Part shown: piece after piece, positions 10,280-18,511 of the stretch
Position numbering within the stretch: the first letter of the stretch is position 1
How the letters are laid out: the number at the start of each line of letters is the position of its first letter
Origin: Bacteriovoracaceae bacterium
Lineage (GTDB): Bacteria; Bdellovibrionota; Bacteriovoracia; Bacteriovoracales; Bacteriovoracaceae
Assembly (NCBI GenBank): GCA_018649885.1
Contig: JABIHA010000059.1
Coordinates: forward strand, 1-56,267
Length of the DNA stretch: 56,267 nucleotides
Direction of reading: 5' to 3'
The notes under the pieces: model-generated
Told to the model about the DNA's origin: nothing
Databases searched by the model: none
The model's input: only the letters and a program-made list of their open reading frames with translations
Position numbers and translations under genes: made by a program

Positions 10280-10307
10280 AAGGCCACCAACGGGTGGCCT
10301 TTTTTTT
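10280..10307 (+). terminator. Rho-independent terminator
   Basis: AAGGCCACC-AACG-GGTGGCCTT followed by a T run. Confidence 0.9.
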
Positions 10308-10351
10308 GTCCAAAATTTGTGAGTTCGCAATAAATTAGGCATAATTTCACT

Positions 10352-11419
10352 ATGAAATGGCCCACACTGCTAGTTGTATTGTCACTGAGTTTTCTTCTAA
10401 TAGGTAAATATTGGGGAAGCTCCCAAAGTGAAATAAGCGAAGGCCCAGATTGTAGCAGTGATACCCAGTTTCTAGAAAAAATGGAAGAGCTTAAAAATCA
10501 AAAACTCAATGAATATCTAGAGCTAAATAATCCCGCCCAAAAATTAGAAAAGGCCAATGAAATTCTAGGCCAAATTTTTATTCTCTTACTTGCTCAATTT
10601 AGTTTTAAACTGACTGAACGCCAAGAGGACTGGGCAACTGAGTCTGAGGATCAAAAATTTCCCCAATCATCTTTTTGCCCAAAAATGCTTGTTGAAAAAC
10701 CACAAGAGAAGATTCCCGCCCAAGCAGCAGTAAGGCCTGATGAAAATGAGCTAAGAAGTTTTTCAGGAATATATGACAGGACTATTAAAAAATCCGATAT
10801 GGAAGTGGTGCATCGTTCGGGATTTTTCGAAAAAAAATCCACTTCATGGACTCAATTCTCCAAAAGCTTTCGCAGTAAACACAAATACTATTTTCCAAGC
10901 GATATTTACAACGGATTGTGGAAAAACGGTCTCTACCTAGATGCACTCAACAATATGAATAAAAGACTCCTGGCTCCCTATCTTGGCGAGTTTGTAGGCA
11001 TCTACCGATCGGTTGATTTCGGTCAATCTCCCGTTGAAGCAGTCATTCAAGTAAAAAAAGAAGACGGCCCAGAAGAGGTAGTGGAAGAACTAGCAGTAGC
11101 GATCCAGTCATACCAGGGAAAAAATTTAAAAAATCAAGCTTCCCTATTTTTCAACAGAGTTTTGAGTCCTGGACACCCTAAAGGCCACGCCACCCACGGC
11201 CAGGGTAGCTGCAGGGGCTTTGTCCTAAGACAGAGCGATAAATCCCACAACGGAATTCATTTCATCAAATATAGAGAGCTGGGAGTTATCATCGGAAGAG
11301 TTTTTTCAGACTTATCCACTGCCAAGGACCATCTGGTGGGAACCTTCCTTCTTTGGCCCAAAAACAAACCCGCTCCCCATTTCCCCATAGACCCCGCAAG
11401 GTCGAGAGGCAGCCTTTAA
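10352..11419 (+). CDS. Hypothetical membrane-anchored or exported protein
   Basis: 355-aa ORF with an N-terminal hydrophobic segment; its TAA stop is the first 3 nt of the tandem array. Confidence 0.7.
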   Translation: MKWPTLLVVLSLSFLLIGKYWGSSQSEISEGPDCSSDTQFLEKMEELKNQKLNEYLELNNPAQKLEKANEILGQIFILLLAQFSFKLTERQEDWATESEDQKFPQSSFCPKMLVEKPQEKIPAQAAVRPDENELRSFSGIYDRTIKKSDMEVVHRSGFFEKKSTSWTQFSKSFRSKHKYYFPSDIYNGLWKNGLYLDALNNMNKRLLAPYLGEFVGIYRSVDFGQSPVEAVIQVKKEDGPEEVVEELAVAIQSYQGKNLKNQASLFFNRVLSPGHPKGHATHGQGSCRGFVLRQSDKSHNGIHFIKYRELGVIIGRVFSDLSTAKDHLVGTFLLWPKNKPAPHFPIDPARSRGSL

Positions 11420-11861
11420 AGTAGCTCATAGATTCCTCCTCAAGATCTAAAGTACCTCATGGATTCCTCTCAAGATCTAAAGTACCTCATGGGTTCCTCT
11501 CAAGATCTAAAGTACCTCATGGATTCCCCTCAAGATCTAAAGTACCTCATGGATTTCCCTCAAGATCTAAAGTGCCTCATGGATTCCTCTCAAGATCTAA
11601 AGTACCTCATGGATCCCCCCTCAAGATCTAAAGTACCTCATAGGTTCCCCCTCAAGATCTAAAGTACCTCATGGATTTCCCTCAAGATCTAAAGTACCTC
11701 ATGGATTCCTCTCAAGATCTAAAGTACCTCATGGATTCCCCTCAAGATCTAAAGTAGCTTATGGATTCCCCTCAAGATCTAAAGTACCTCATGAATTCCT
11801 CTCAAGATCTAAAGTACCTCATGGATTCCCCTCAAGATTTAGAGCTACTTCATGGATCCCC
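11417..11861. repeat. 30-bp tandem repeat array, ~14.7 copies
   Basis: Constant 22-mer CTCAAGATCTAAAGTACCTCAT plus variable 8-9-mer (GGATTCCY-like). Units start at 11439, 11469, 11499, 11529, 11559, 11589, 11620, 11651, 11681, 11711, 11741, 11771, 11801 and 11831 (degenerate); partial copy at 11417-11438. Confidence 0.98.
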
Positions 11862-11977
11862 ACCATTTTCTTCAATTTGGCGACACCAATCAAATTCAGC
11901 TAGATTTCTCTTAACCAACAAAGAAAATGCTATAGCTCGACCCCAAACAAAGAAAATATGGAGAAATCTCTATTTTA

Positions 11978-12847
11978 TTAACTCTTATTTAAATAGAGAT
12001 CCATCTTTTCTTGAGAAAGTGCCACGATGGCCGCCCTTGAATTGCAATTAGAGCATAACTGGCGCACGTTCCCAATCGCCGATGATTTAGACACACTATA
12101 GGGGATGATGTGATCAAAGTGTAGGTTGTATTTTGAATCACAATTTTCACACTTGTTACCTGATCTTGTTATCACAGCTTTTTTGATAGCTGCTGAGATG
12201 GTCCTGGAGTTTACGAGTTTTTTTGATTTCCTAGATCCAATGCCTATGGTCTTTTTTCTAATTAACCCTGCCGTAGAATTAATGGCATGTCCGATTATAT
12301 CTTCTGATTTGTAGATTCCTTTATTTGATAGCTGTTCTTTAAGAAACTGATAATCTTTTGCCGTTTCTCCCATCAAAGTGAGATGAATGCGAAGGCTTCC
12401 GTCTGAATGCGCGCGAGTTTTAGATCTGGTAGCGCGCTTAACTCCAGTCAATTTATCCACAAGCTCTCTTGTCTGAGTTTGAGTTTTTCCCTTAATACTT
12501 CCTAATATTTCATTTTTCTTTTTACCACTTTTTATATTTCCCACTAAATTTGAGATTTCGGCAAGGTTTGTCAGAGTGACTTGTTTATTTGCTAGTGCTT
12601 TATCAGCACAGGGGACATGCCTTAAGGTCTTGGCCGCTAAAACCCTTCGACTTGTTTCACTATCACTTTTATTAAAGTTCTTACGAATATATTTAAAGAG
12701 TGATCCCGTCTTGTCATCACAAAAAAGCCTTCGTCTATTCACCTCATTAATGTGCCTAAGAAACTGGCGTGTACAGTACTCTTCTTTTTCATTCCACATT
12801 TTGGTGTCAGTAATTAGTTTTTCATCAGATAAATTTTGTAGCGACAA
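11978..12847 (-). CDS. HNH endonuclease with a helical N-terminal domain
   Basis: C-terminal CENC...DHIIP...N...LCSNCN zinc-binding HNH motif; GGGAGG RBS before the TTG start; N-terminus (LSDEKL...LRHINEVNRRRLF...SLFKY...SETSRR) resembles multicopy HNH proteins of Bdellovibrionota and myxobacteria. Confidence 0.9.
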   Translation of the reverse strand: MSLQNLSDEKLITDTKMWNEKEEYCTRQFLRHINEVNRRRLFCDDKTGSLFKYIRKNFNKSDSETSRRVLAAKTLRHVPCADKALANKQVTLTNLAEISNLVGNIKSGKKKNEILGSIKGKTQTQTRELVDKLTGVKRATRSKTRAHSDGSLRIHLTLMGETAKDYQFLKEQLSNKGIYKSEDIIGHAINSTAGLIRKKTIGIGSRKSKKLVNSRTISAAIKKAVITRSGNKCENCDSKYNLHFDHIIPYSVSKSSAIGNVRQLCSNCNSRAAIVALSQEKMDLYLNKS

Positions 12848-13132
12848 AGCGACCTCCCCATTGAAGATAACCTACCATTTTCATCACAATTTTTAAAATA
12901 AAAGATGCCTTTTTATTATTTTGAAAACCGCTGAAATGAAATACAGTAGTCACTCTTAGCGAATGAGACTCGCCGATTTTAAATCCCTCTCACAAAAAAA
13001 TAAATAACCACTGGCCAACAGAACCACCTTTCCATAAAAGCATATTTGTATTGTTTGAAATTTGTGCAGGAATTTTTAAATAAAGTGCCAATACCAACCA
13101 ACACAGGCTCCTGTTAGTTATTTTAAAGTAAA

Positions 13133-13175
13133 AGTGATACTTTTTCTGACACAAGGCAATTTAAAAAGTATCACT
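13133..13175. repeat. Perfect 13-bp inverted repeat with 17-bp spacer
   Basis: AGTGATACTTTTT (13133-13145) and AAAAAGTATCACT (13163-13175). Confidence 0.85.
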
Positions 13176-13312
13176 GTAGATGCTAGGATTTAGCGCAATT
13201 CCTGTAATTTGATAATTGGACATCCTTGTCCTAAATATAAAGTTACCAAAAATAATTTTTACTACATGTCTTTACTGAATAGAATTTAAGTTCACTACTT
13301 TTTTTAACGTGA

Positions 13313-13645
13313 TCAAAACTCACACTCTTTTGCAAATTGATTTACTGGATATTTATTTTTGTTGCCAGCTCCAAGGATATAGTCATTTTGATGAGTATTT
13401 CCACTTTCGTCTGCATAAGTAATATTTGCAATGCAAGCCTTGTTATCTAATACTGGCACAATCCTTACTTCAGTTGCCTTATAACCAGAAACTGCAAGTG
13501 TTCCGTGGGAAGCATGAATTCCACCTTTTAAAATCACTCCCTTTTGAACACCTATTTCTAGAAAAAGAAGTTTATTCATTTTATATTCAGAGCCAAAAGA
13601 TGCAGTAGATAAAGCTAGAAGGCTACATATCAATAATTTTTTCAT
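13313..13645 (-). CDS. Small hypothetical exported protein
   Basis: ATG after AAAGGAA RBS; signal peptide MKKLLICSLLALSTASFG. Confidence 0.7.
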   Translation of the reverse strand: MKKLLICSLLALSTASFGSEYKMNKLLFLEIGVQKGVILKGGIHASHGTLAVSGYKATEVRIVPVLDNKACIANITYADESGNTHQNDYILGAGNKNKYPVNQFAKECEF

Positions 13646-14099
13646 CGTCGTTCCTTTGTTGAGATTGTCCAAAAAGTGATGTTTTTAAGTATCACCTGAG
13701 CTCAATACCTTGTTGTTTATATTAAATAAATTGTAGGAGATTCTTCTGTCTGAAATGCTGTAAAAAAATTGGTAGAATAATTGCATGAATCTTTTTCATT
13801 ACATGTTAAAGAACGTCTAAAGAGTGGTCAATTTTAGAAATTGATAAAAAAATCTGCATTTTCTTTGGTGAGCGATCAAGTTATTGATACCTTAAATATT
13901 GTTGAGTTATTCGAAAAAAATAATAGTATACCAAGAATTAACTTGGAAATATCTGATAGCTTGGAGTCTTAGTGTAGGGTATAAAAAATCGAGTGTACTC
14001 ATACCTTATCTAAACCAGCCTGGCCGGCATATATATAGACAATTCTGAACATCTTACAATGCTGGCCCCCATAATTTCGGTAACTTATGAAATCATTTC

Positions 14100-14115
14100 A
14101 GGCACTACAGTTGCA
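14100..14115 (+). promoter_or_regulatory. Sigma54 promoter for the C10 peptidase
   Basis: AGGCACTACAGTTGCA: GG-N10-GC, 35 bp before the GTG start. Confidence 0.6.
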
Positions 14116-14149
14116 CTTAAATAACTGTCATTATTAGGGGAGCTTCGTC

Positions 14150-16171
14150 GTGACCAAAGATTTTGCCATTATTGTTTTTCTTCTTGTGCTTTTGAGCTCT
14201 TGTGGACAAAAAGTGAAGGACACTTTTCAAAGCTCAGGTGTTGGTCATATTGAGACTTACACAATTCACGGTGATGGTGCCGTAATCGTGACTGGTGAGC
14301 CCGAGGAAGAGCTCGAGGAAGAGCTCGAGGAAGAGCTCGAGCTTGGGCCAAAAAATTATACCGATGGTGAAATCCTTTTAAAAACAAAATGGGGGCAAGG
14401 CGCTCCTTTTAATAATCTTTTGCCTACTCACTCTAATGGTGGGGCAGCCTATCTTGGTTGTACAAATACGGCACTACTTCAGCTTTTTTATTATTACCAA
14501 TTTCCCAAAAAAGGAAATGGAACTATTTCTTATGTATACAATAGGCAAACTATTTCAGCCGATCTTGGTAAGGAAATTAGATGGGATCTTATACCAGCAG
14601 ATGTTAGCTCTCAGGTATCAGATCAAGCTTTGCTTGAGTTGGCATCTATTGCAAAAGATTTGGCCATTTCGAGTAGAACCGAATTTTCTAATTCTGCTAC
14701 TGATGGGTCCCAGTCTTCTCCAAAACTCGACTCACTTAATAAAAATTGGAAATTCAATCTTCCTAAAACTCATTCTAAACCTGCTGGATATAGGGATAGA
14801 GCATTTGATAGAGTAATTATTTCTGAAATCAATCAAAGAAGGCCTGTCTATTTGAGGCTCCAGGGTACTCTCAAGCATGCAGCTTTAATTGATGGCTACA
14901 AATATGACGCTAATAGAAATCTTTTAGTTCATATCAACCTAGGTTGGGATGGATATAAGGACGGGTTTTATAGTCTCGATAGGCCTTTTGTCCTTGATGA
15001 GGGAGATGAGGATTCGCTTGTGGCCAATGTTTACTATATCTATCAGGGTCTTACTCCTTGTGGTGAGCAAGGTTGTGATCAAAATGATTTAGAAGATGGT
15101 GATGGTATGGTGGAAGATCAATTGATCGGAGAATTCAATTTAGAAAAAGATGTGGATACTTATAAAAACATCGCTCTCAAGGGTAGTGTTAGCTTTACTA
15201 AATTTGGCCTAGGAGCATTTTATTTTTTAGAAATTTATAACTATAAAGATGAGTTAGTTTATGAGTTTGATATTAATGGAGGACAGTGGCACGGATCTGA
15301 GGATGAGCTCTATCGTGTTCACGATATTCAAGGAGTCAAGGCAGGGTTGTACACCATTAAGGTTGGACTCAGCTCTCACAATAGAAGAAAAATTGCACTT
15401 TATAAAACTTTGCGAAAATATCAATTAAAAATAGTCAGCGAGGATGTCAGAAGCTATGAGCTGGCCAAACCTCTTGAGGCCCCTCGGATTAATGCCATCC
15501 CCGAAATGATAATTATGGATATTCATGGGAATAAAAAGCTTGTTTTTGTCGACGCTATTTCAGAAATTGATGAAGAAATTGCACTGAGTGCTGAAAGTGA
15601 TAACGGATTAGTTGAAGTTAGCTCTGATAGATTACATTTAAATATAAAACCACTTGGAATAGGGGCAGGTCAGACAACGACTATTTCGGTCACCGCATTT
15701 TTGAAAGATCATCCGGCCTATAAAGTGACAAAGTCTATTCGTATTATTTTGGCGGATAATCCTCCTGCAATGGGAAGCCAGTTTAGCGTCAGAGGTGAGC
15801 TTTTAGATAACAAATTAGAAACATTTAATATTCATAGCGTTGTATTGGATGGAAAGTGTACCATTACAGGTCAACGAGATGGAACTTATCAAGGTCAGTT
15901 TATTAGTGTTTATGATGGTGAATCTTTTAATGTGGACAACTTAATACTACCTAGTGAAGAAACAGATCTTAGTGAAGTAGCACAGCTTACAAAACCAATT
16001 GAACAAACCTTTTCTCCAGGAATCTATAAAATAAAAGTTAGTTTGGAGAGATATGTATGGCGCAAGAAAACTCATTACTTAATGGATACCGAGGGACATG
16101 TGGGTTACAGTATTGATGTCCATTGCTCTAATTTCGATGATTCAGTTGAAAATATCCTCTCATTTTTGTAA
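14150..16171 (+). CDS. Peptidase C10 (streptopain/SpeB-like) cysteine protease lipoprotein with C-terminal beta-rich domains
   Basis: Lipobox LLSSC; LLKTKWGQGAPFN, GCTNTALLQ (catalytic Cys), HAALIDGY (catalytic His), HINLGWDG..DGFY. Confidence 0.88.
   Translation: MTKDFAIIVFLLVLLSSCGQKVKDTFQSSGVGHIETYTIHGDGAVIVTGEPEEELEEELEEELELGPKNYTDGEILLKTKWGQGAPFNNLLPTHSNGGAAYLGCTNTALLQLFYYYQFPKKGNGTISYVYNRQTISADLGKEIRWDLIPADVSSQVSDQALLELASIAKDLAISSRTEFSNSATDGSQSSPKLDSLNKNWKFNLPKTHSKPAGYRDRAFDRVIISEINQRRPVYLRLQGTLKHAALIDGYKYDANRNLLVHINLGWDGYKDGFYSLDRPFVLDEGDEDSLVANVYYIYQGLTPCGEQGCDQNDLEDGDGMVEDQLIGEFNLEKDVDTYKNIALKGSVSFTKFGLGAFYFLEIYNYKDELVYEFDINGGQWHGSEDELYRVHDIQGVKAGLYTIKVGLSSHNRRKIALYKTLRKYQLKIVSEDVRSYELAKPLEAPRINAIPEMIIMDIHGNKKLVFVDAISEIDEEIALSAESDNGLVEVSSDRLHLNIKPLGIGAGQTTTISVTAFLKDHPAYKVTKSIRIILADNPPAMGSQFSVRGELLDNKLETFNIHSVVLDGKCTITGQRDGTYQGQFISVYDGESFNVDNLILPSEETDLSEVAQLTKPIEQTFSPGIYKIKVSLERYVWRKKTHYLMDTEGHVGYSIDVHCSNFDDSVENILSFL
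14303..14338 (+). repeat. 12-bp in-frame tandem repeat x3 (EEEL)
   Basis: GAGGAAGAGCTC three times, then GAGCTT. Confidence 0.95.
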
Positions 16172-16191
16172 TGTGATTGTGAGGATTCAAA

Positions 16192-16665
16192 GTGATGAGT
16201 GAAATAACACAAATTCCAGTTCTAATAAAAAAGGCTTCTTTAGAAAATATTCCTGAGTGGGGAAAAGCAAGATGTCTGCTTTGGCCTTCAGATGACCTGG
16301 AAGGGCACTTGAGTGAACTCACTGATTTAATGAATTCTGACAACTTCATCTCTTTTATTGCCTTTAATTCCAGTGATCAAATATGTGGGTTTTTAGAAGC
16401 ATCTGTTAGAAACTATGTCAATGGTTGTGAGCATAGTCCGGTTCTCTTTCTGGGAGGGATTTGGGTTCAAGGTGATGCTCAAAGACAAGGCATCGGCCGT
16501 CAACTTTTGATTGAGTTAGAGGGATATGCCAAATCAAAAGGTTTTAAAGAAATTGGTTCTGATTGCTCTTTGGATAACTTGGATTCACAAGCGGCCCATA
16601 AAGGCTGGGGTTTTAGTGAAACCGAAAGAGTTGTCTATTTTCGAAAAGATCTTAGCTCAAATTAG
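16192..16665 (+). CDS. GNAT acetyltransferase, aminoglycoside 6'-N-acetyltransferase AAC(6')-I-like
   Basis: GFLEASVRNYVNGCEHSPV, RQGIG, IGSD...N..SQAAH..WGFSETERVVYFRK match the AAC(6')-Ic/Iy subfamily pattern. Confidence 0.85.
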   Translation: MMSEITQIPVLIKKASLENIPEWGKARCLLWPSDDLEGHLSELTDLMNSDNFISFIAFNSSDQICGFLEASVRNYVNGCEHSPVLFLGGIWVQGDAQRQGIGRQLLIELEGYAKSKGFKEIGSDCSLDNLDSQAAHKGWGFSETERVVYFRKDLSSN

Positions 16666-16819
16666 CACTTACTGAACTACTGTCGATCCTGGGTAGTTTG
16701 GAAAAAATTTCATGTACTTCTTTCAGCGTTAACAATTTCTCGCAAATTTTCAACGAGAATACTGGTAAATTACTAAATACCAATTTAGTAATTCGCAGGT
16801 AACATCGCTTGAAGGTGGG

Positions 16820-17026
16820 ATGTTTCTAGACTACGAAATACATGATCTTAAACCCCGATTGGGGAGAGATCTACGTTTCGGCGAATTCATTTATGGTGAA
16901 CTCGATTATAAACAAATTTTTACCTCAAGCTTTGGTTTGAGCTACCTTCGTCTAGATGATTACTTTTATATTCAGAATTCCCTTGATATTCCTGAAAATG
17001 AGTGGATGAAATGCATCTACAACTAG
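16820..17026 (+). CDS. Short hypothetical ORF or gene remnant
   Basis: 68 aa with a GAAGGTGG RBS-like sequence; no recognisable motif. Confidence 0.3.
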   Translation: MFLDYEIHDLKPRLGRDLRFGEFIYGELDYKQIFTSSFGLSYLRLDDYFYIQNSLDIPENEWMKCIYN

Positions 17027-17046
17027 TTGTGGGATGGCTTTGTTGA

Positions 17047-17727
17047 TTACTCTGATATTTCGGTAGTACTGACGACATGAAATTGATTTTGATCAGTGAC
17101 TTTGAAGGTGACATCTAAATTTTGGTATTTAAAGCTGTAGTGGTCTTTTTTCACCTGGTAGGCAGGCCTTGGATCGAGGGCGAGAATATCATTAATCTCT
17201 TTTTTTATTTCAGGTTGATCTTCAAAGAGATCCCGGGAAAAGCTAACTTCAACTTTTTTTTCTGGGGCCTTACGAAAGATGTTTTCAGTAGGTTCACTGA
17301 CATTATCACAATAGGCAATGTGCGGTTTTATATCTACAACCTTTGTCAGATGTAAAAAATCGCCACCCTCAATTTCTAAGACAACTGCGCCGCCACTTTT
17401 TTTGATTCCGGTGAGTTTGACTTTAGACATCCCAATAGGGTTGGGGCGAAAGGGAGAGCGAGTGGAAAAGACTCCCCACTTTTTATTTCCTCCGAGTCTT
17501 GGAGGTCTTACTTTTGGTCTGAAAACTTTGCTGACTGGGTTATCAAAAATAAAGATCACCCAAATATACTTGTGCTCTGTGAGTTCACTAAATGCATCCA
17601 TATAAGAGTAGTACGGTTCAATGACTATAGTTTGTTTGACATCAACCAGGCCACTTTGTCTGGGTACCCCAAATTTTTCTTTGAAAGGAGAGTGAATTTC
17701 TCCAATGGTGGTGAGCTCAACTTTCAT
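17047..17727 (-). CDS. trmO: tRNA (N6-threonylcarbamoyladenosine37-N6)-methyltransferase
   Basis: SPFKEKFGVPRQSG, VRPPRLGGN, GVFSTRSPFRPNPIG, DIKP, DPRPAY. Confidence 0.93.
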   Translation of the reverse strand: MKVELTTIGEIHSPFKEKFGVPRQSGLVDVKQTIVIEPYYSYMDAFSELTEHKYIWVIFIFDNPVSKVFRPKVRPPRLGGNKKWGVFSTRSPFRPNPIGMSKVKLTGIKKSGGAVVLEIEGGDFLHLTKVVDIKPHIAYCDNVSEPTENIFRKAPEKKVEVSFSRDLFEDQPEIKKEINDILALDPRPAYQVKKDHYSFKYQNLDVTFKVTDQNQFHVVSTTEISE

Positions 17728-18511
17728 TTTTAAAGTCTAGGAACAAATTATGAACTTGTTCTAAGCTGAGGGACTCGGCCCTTGCTTGCACTTGTATATG
17801 ACACTTCTCTAGAGATTCAGCAGGATCTTTTAAGTGTGGTTTTAAGATCCCCTTGATTTGCTTTCTTCTATTGCCAAACAAAATCCTCAAAAACGTTTCA
17901 AATTTTTTGAAGTTATCAATAGGGATAATGGGAGTTGGTCTTCTTATGAAGCTGAGAACCATACTGTCAACTCTGGGAGGGGGATGAAATGCTCCAGGTA
18001 AAACCAGTGCCAGCTTTTTGACCTCAAAATAGGTGTGTACTAGGCAGCCGAGGGAATTCATGGCATTTTTGCTGCTGATATCGAGGGCCCTAAGTCCTAC
18101 TTCTTTTTGAAACATCAGGCTCATATACTTTATGCTACTCGATTTCATAAAACTTATTAAAAGTCTTGAAGAGATATTGTAGGGGAGATTTGAAACTAAC
18201 CAAACATTTTTGTGTGTAAAACCAATTTGTGAAATAAATTCCTCAAAATTTACTTTCATGGCATCACGAAAAAAAAGATTCTCACTTTTTACCAGCTCTT
18301 CTAGCTGTTCCCTGAAGCGCTCGTCTAGCTCTATCGCATAGTAGGGAAGATCATGTGCTACTAAACCTTTGGAAAGAACACCCGGACCTGGGCCTACTTC
18401 AATGATGCATTCGGAAACATCCGCGAAGTCACTGCATATTTTTTGTATCAGTGCTTTGTCTTTTAAATAATGTTGGCCTAATTCTTTATTTGGCCTTGGA
18501 AGTTTTCCCAC
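17717..18511 (-). CDS. rsmA: 16S rRNA dimethyladenosine transferase
   Basis: LGQHYL, EVGPGPG, SNLPYNIS, MFQKEV, FHPPPRVDS, RAESL. Confidence 0.95.
   Translation of the reverse strand: MGKLPRPNKELGQHYLKDKALIQKICSDFADVSECIIEVGPGPGVLSKGLVAHDLPYYAIELDERFREQLEELVKSENLFFRDAMKVNFEEFISQIGFTHKNVWLVSNLPYNISSRLLISFMKSSSIKYMSLMFQKEVGLRALDISSKNAMNSLGCLVHTYFEVKKLALVLPGAFHPPPRVDSMVLSFIRRPTPIIPIDNFKKFETFLRILFGNRRKQIKGILKPHLKDPAESLEKCHIQVQARAESLSLEQVHNLFLDFKNES

Noticed and set aside
11417..11861. CRISPR array
   Set aside because: Variable parts are only 8-9 bp and near-identical to each other; no cas genes in the window
11459..12051. Plus-strand ORFs 11459..11662 and 11761..12051 (MDSSQDLKYL repeats)
   Set aside because: By-products of the 30-bp period; two 31-bp units break the frame and the upstream sequence is pyrimidine-rich with no RBS
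11417..12847. TIGR-Tas-like array with an HNH effector
   Set aside because: Only one low-diversity variable window per unit, no clear box C/D motifs, and no Nop domain recognisable by eye; a structure search would be needed to exclude it fully
13075..13090. Sigma54 promoter for the HNH gene (minus-strand TGGCACTTTA)
   Set aside because: No GC at the -12 position
13700..13975. Possible decayed coding sequence in the AT-rich gap
   Set aside because: Interrupted by stops with no recognisable motif; cannot be supported without a search
16666..16740. attC site after the AAC(6')-like gene
   Set aside because: GCGTTAAC is present but there is no matching RYYYAAC end or extended dyad, and no integrase
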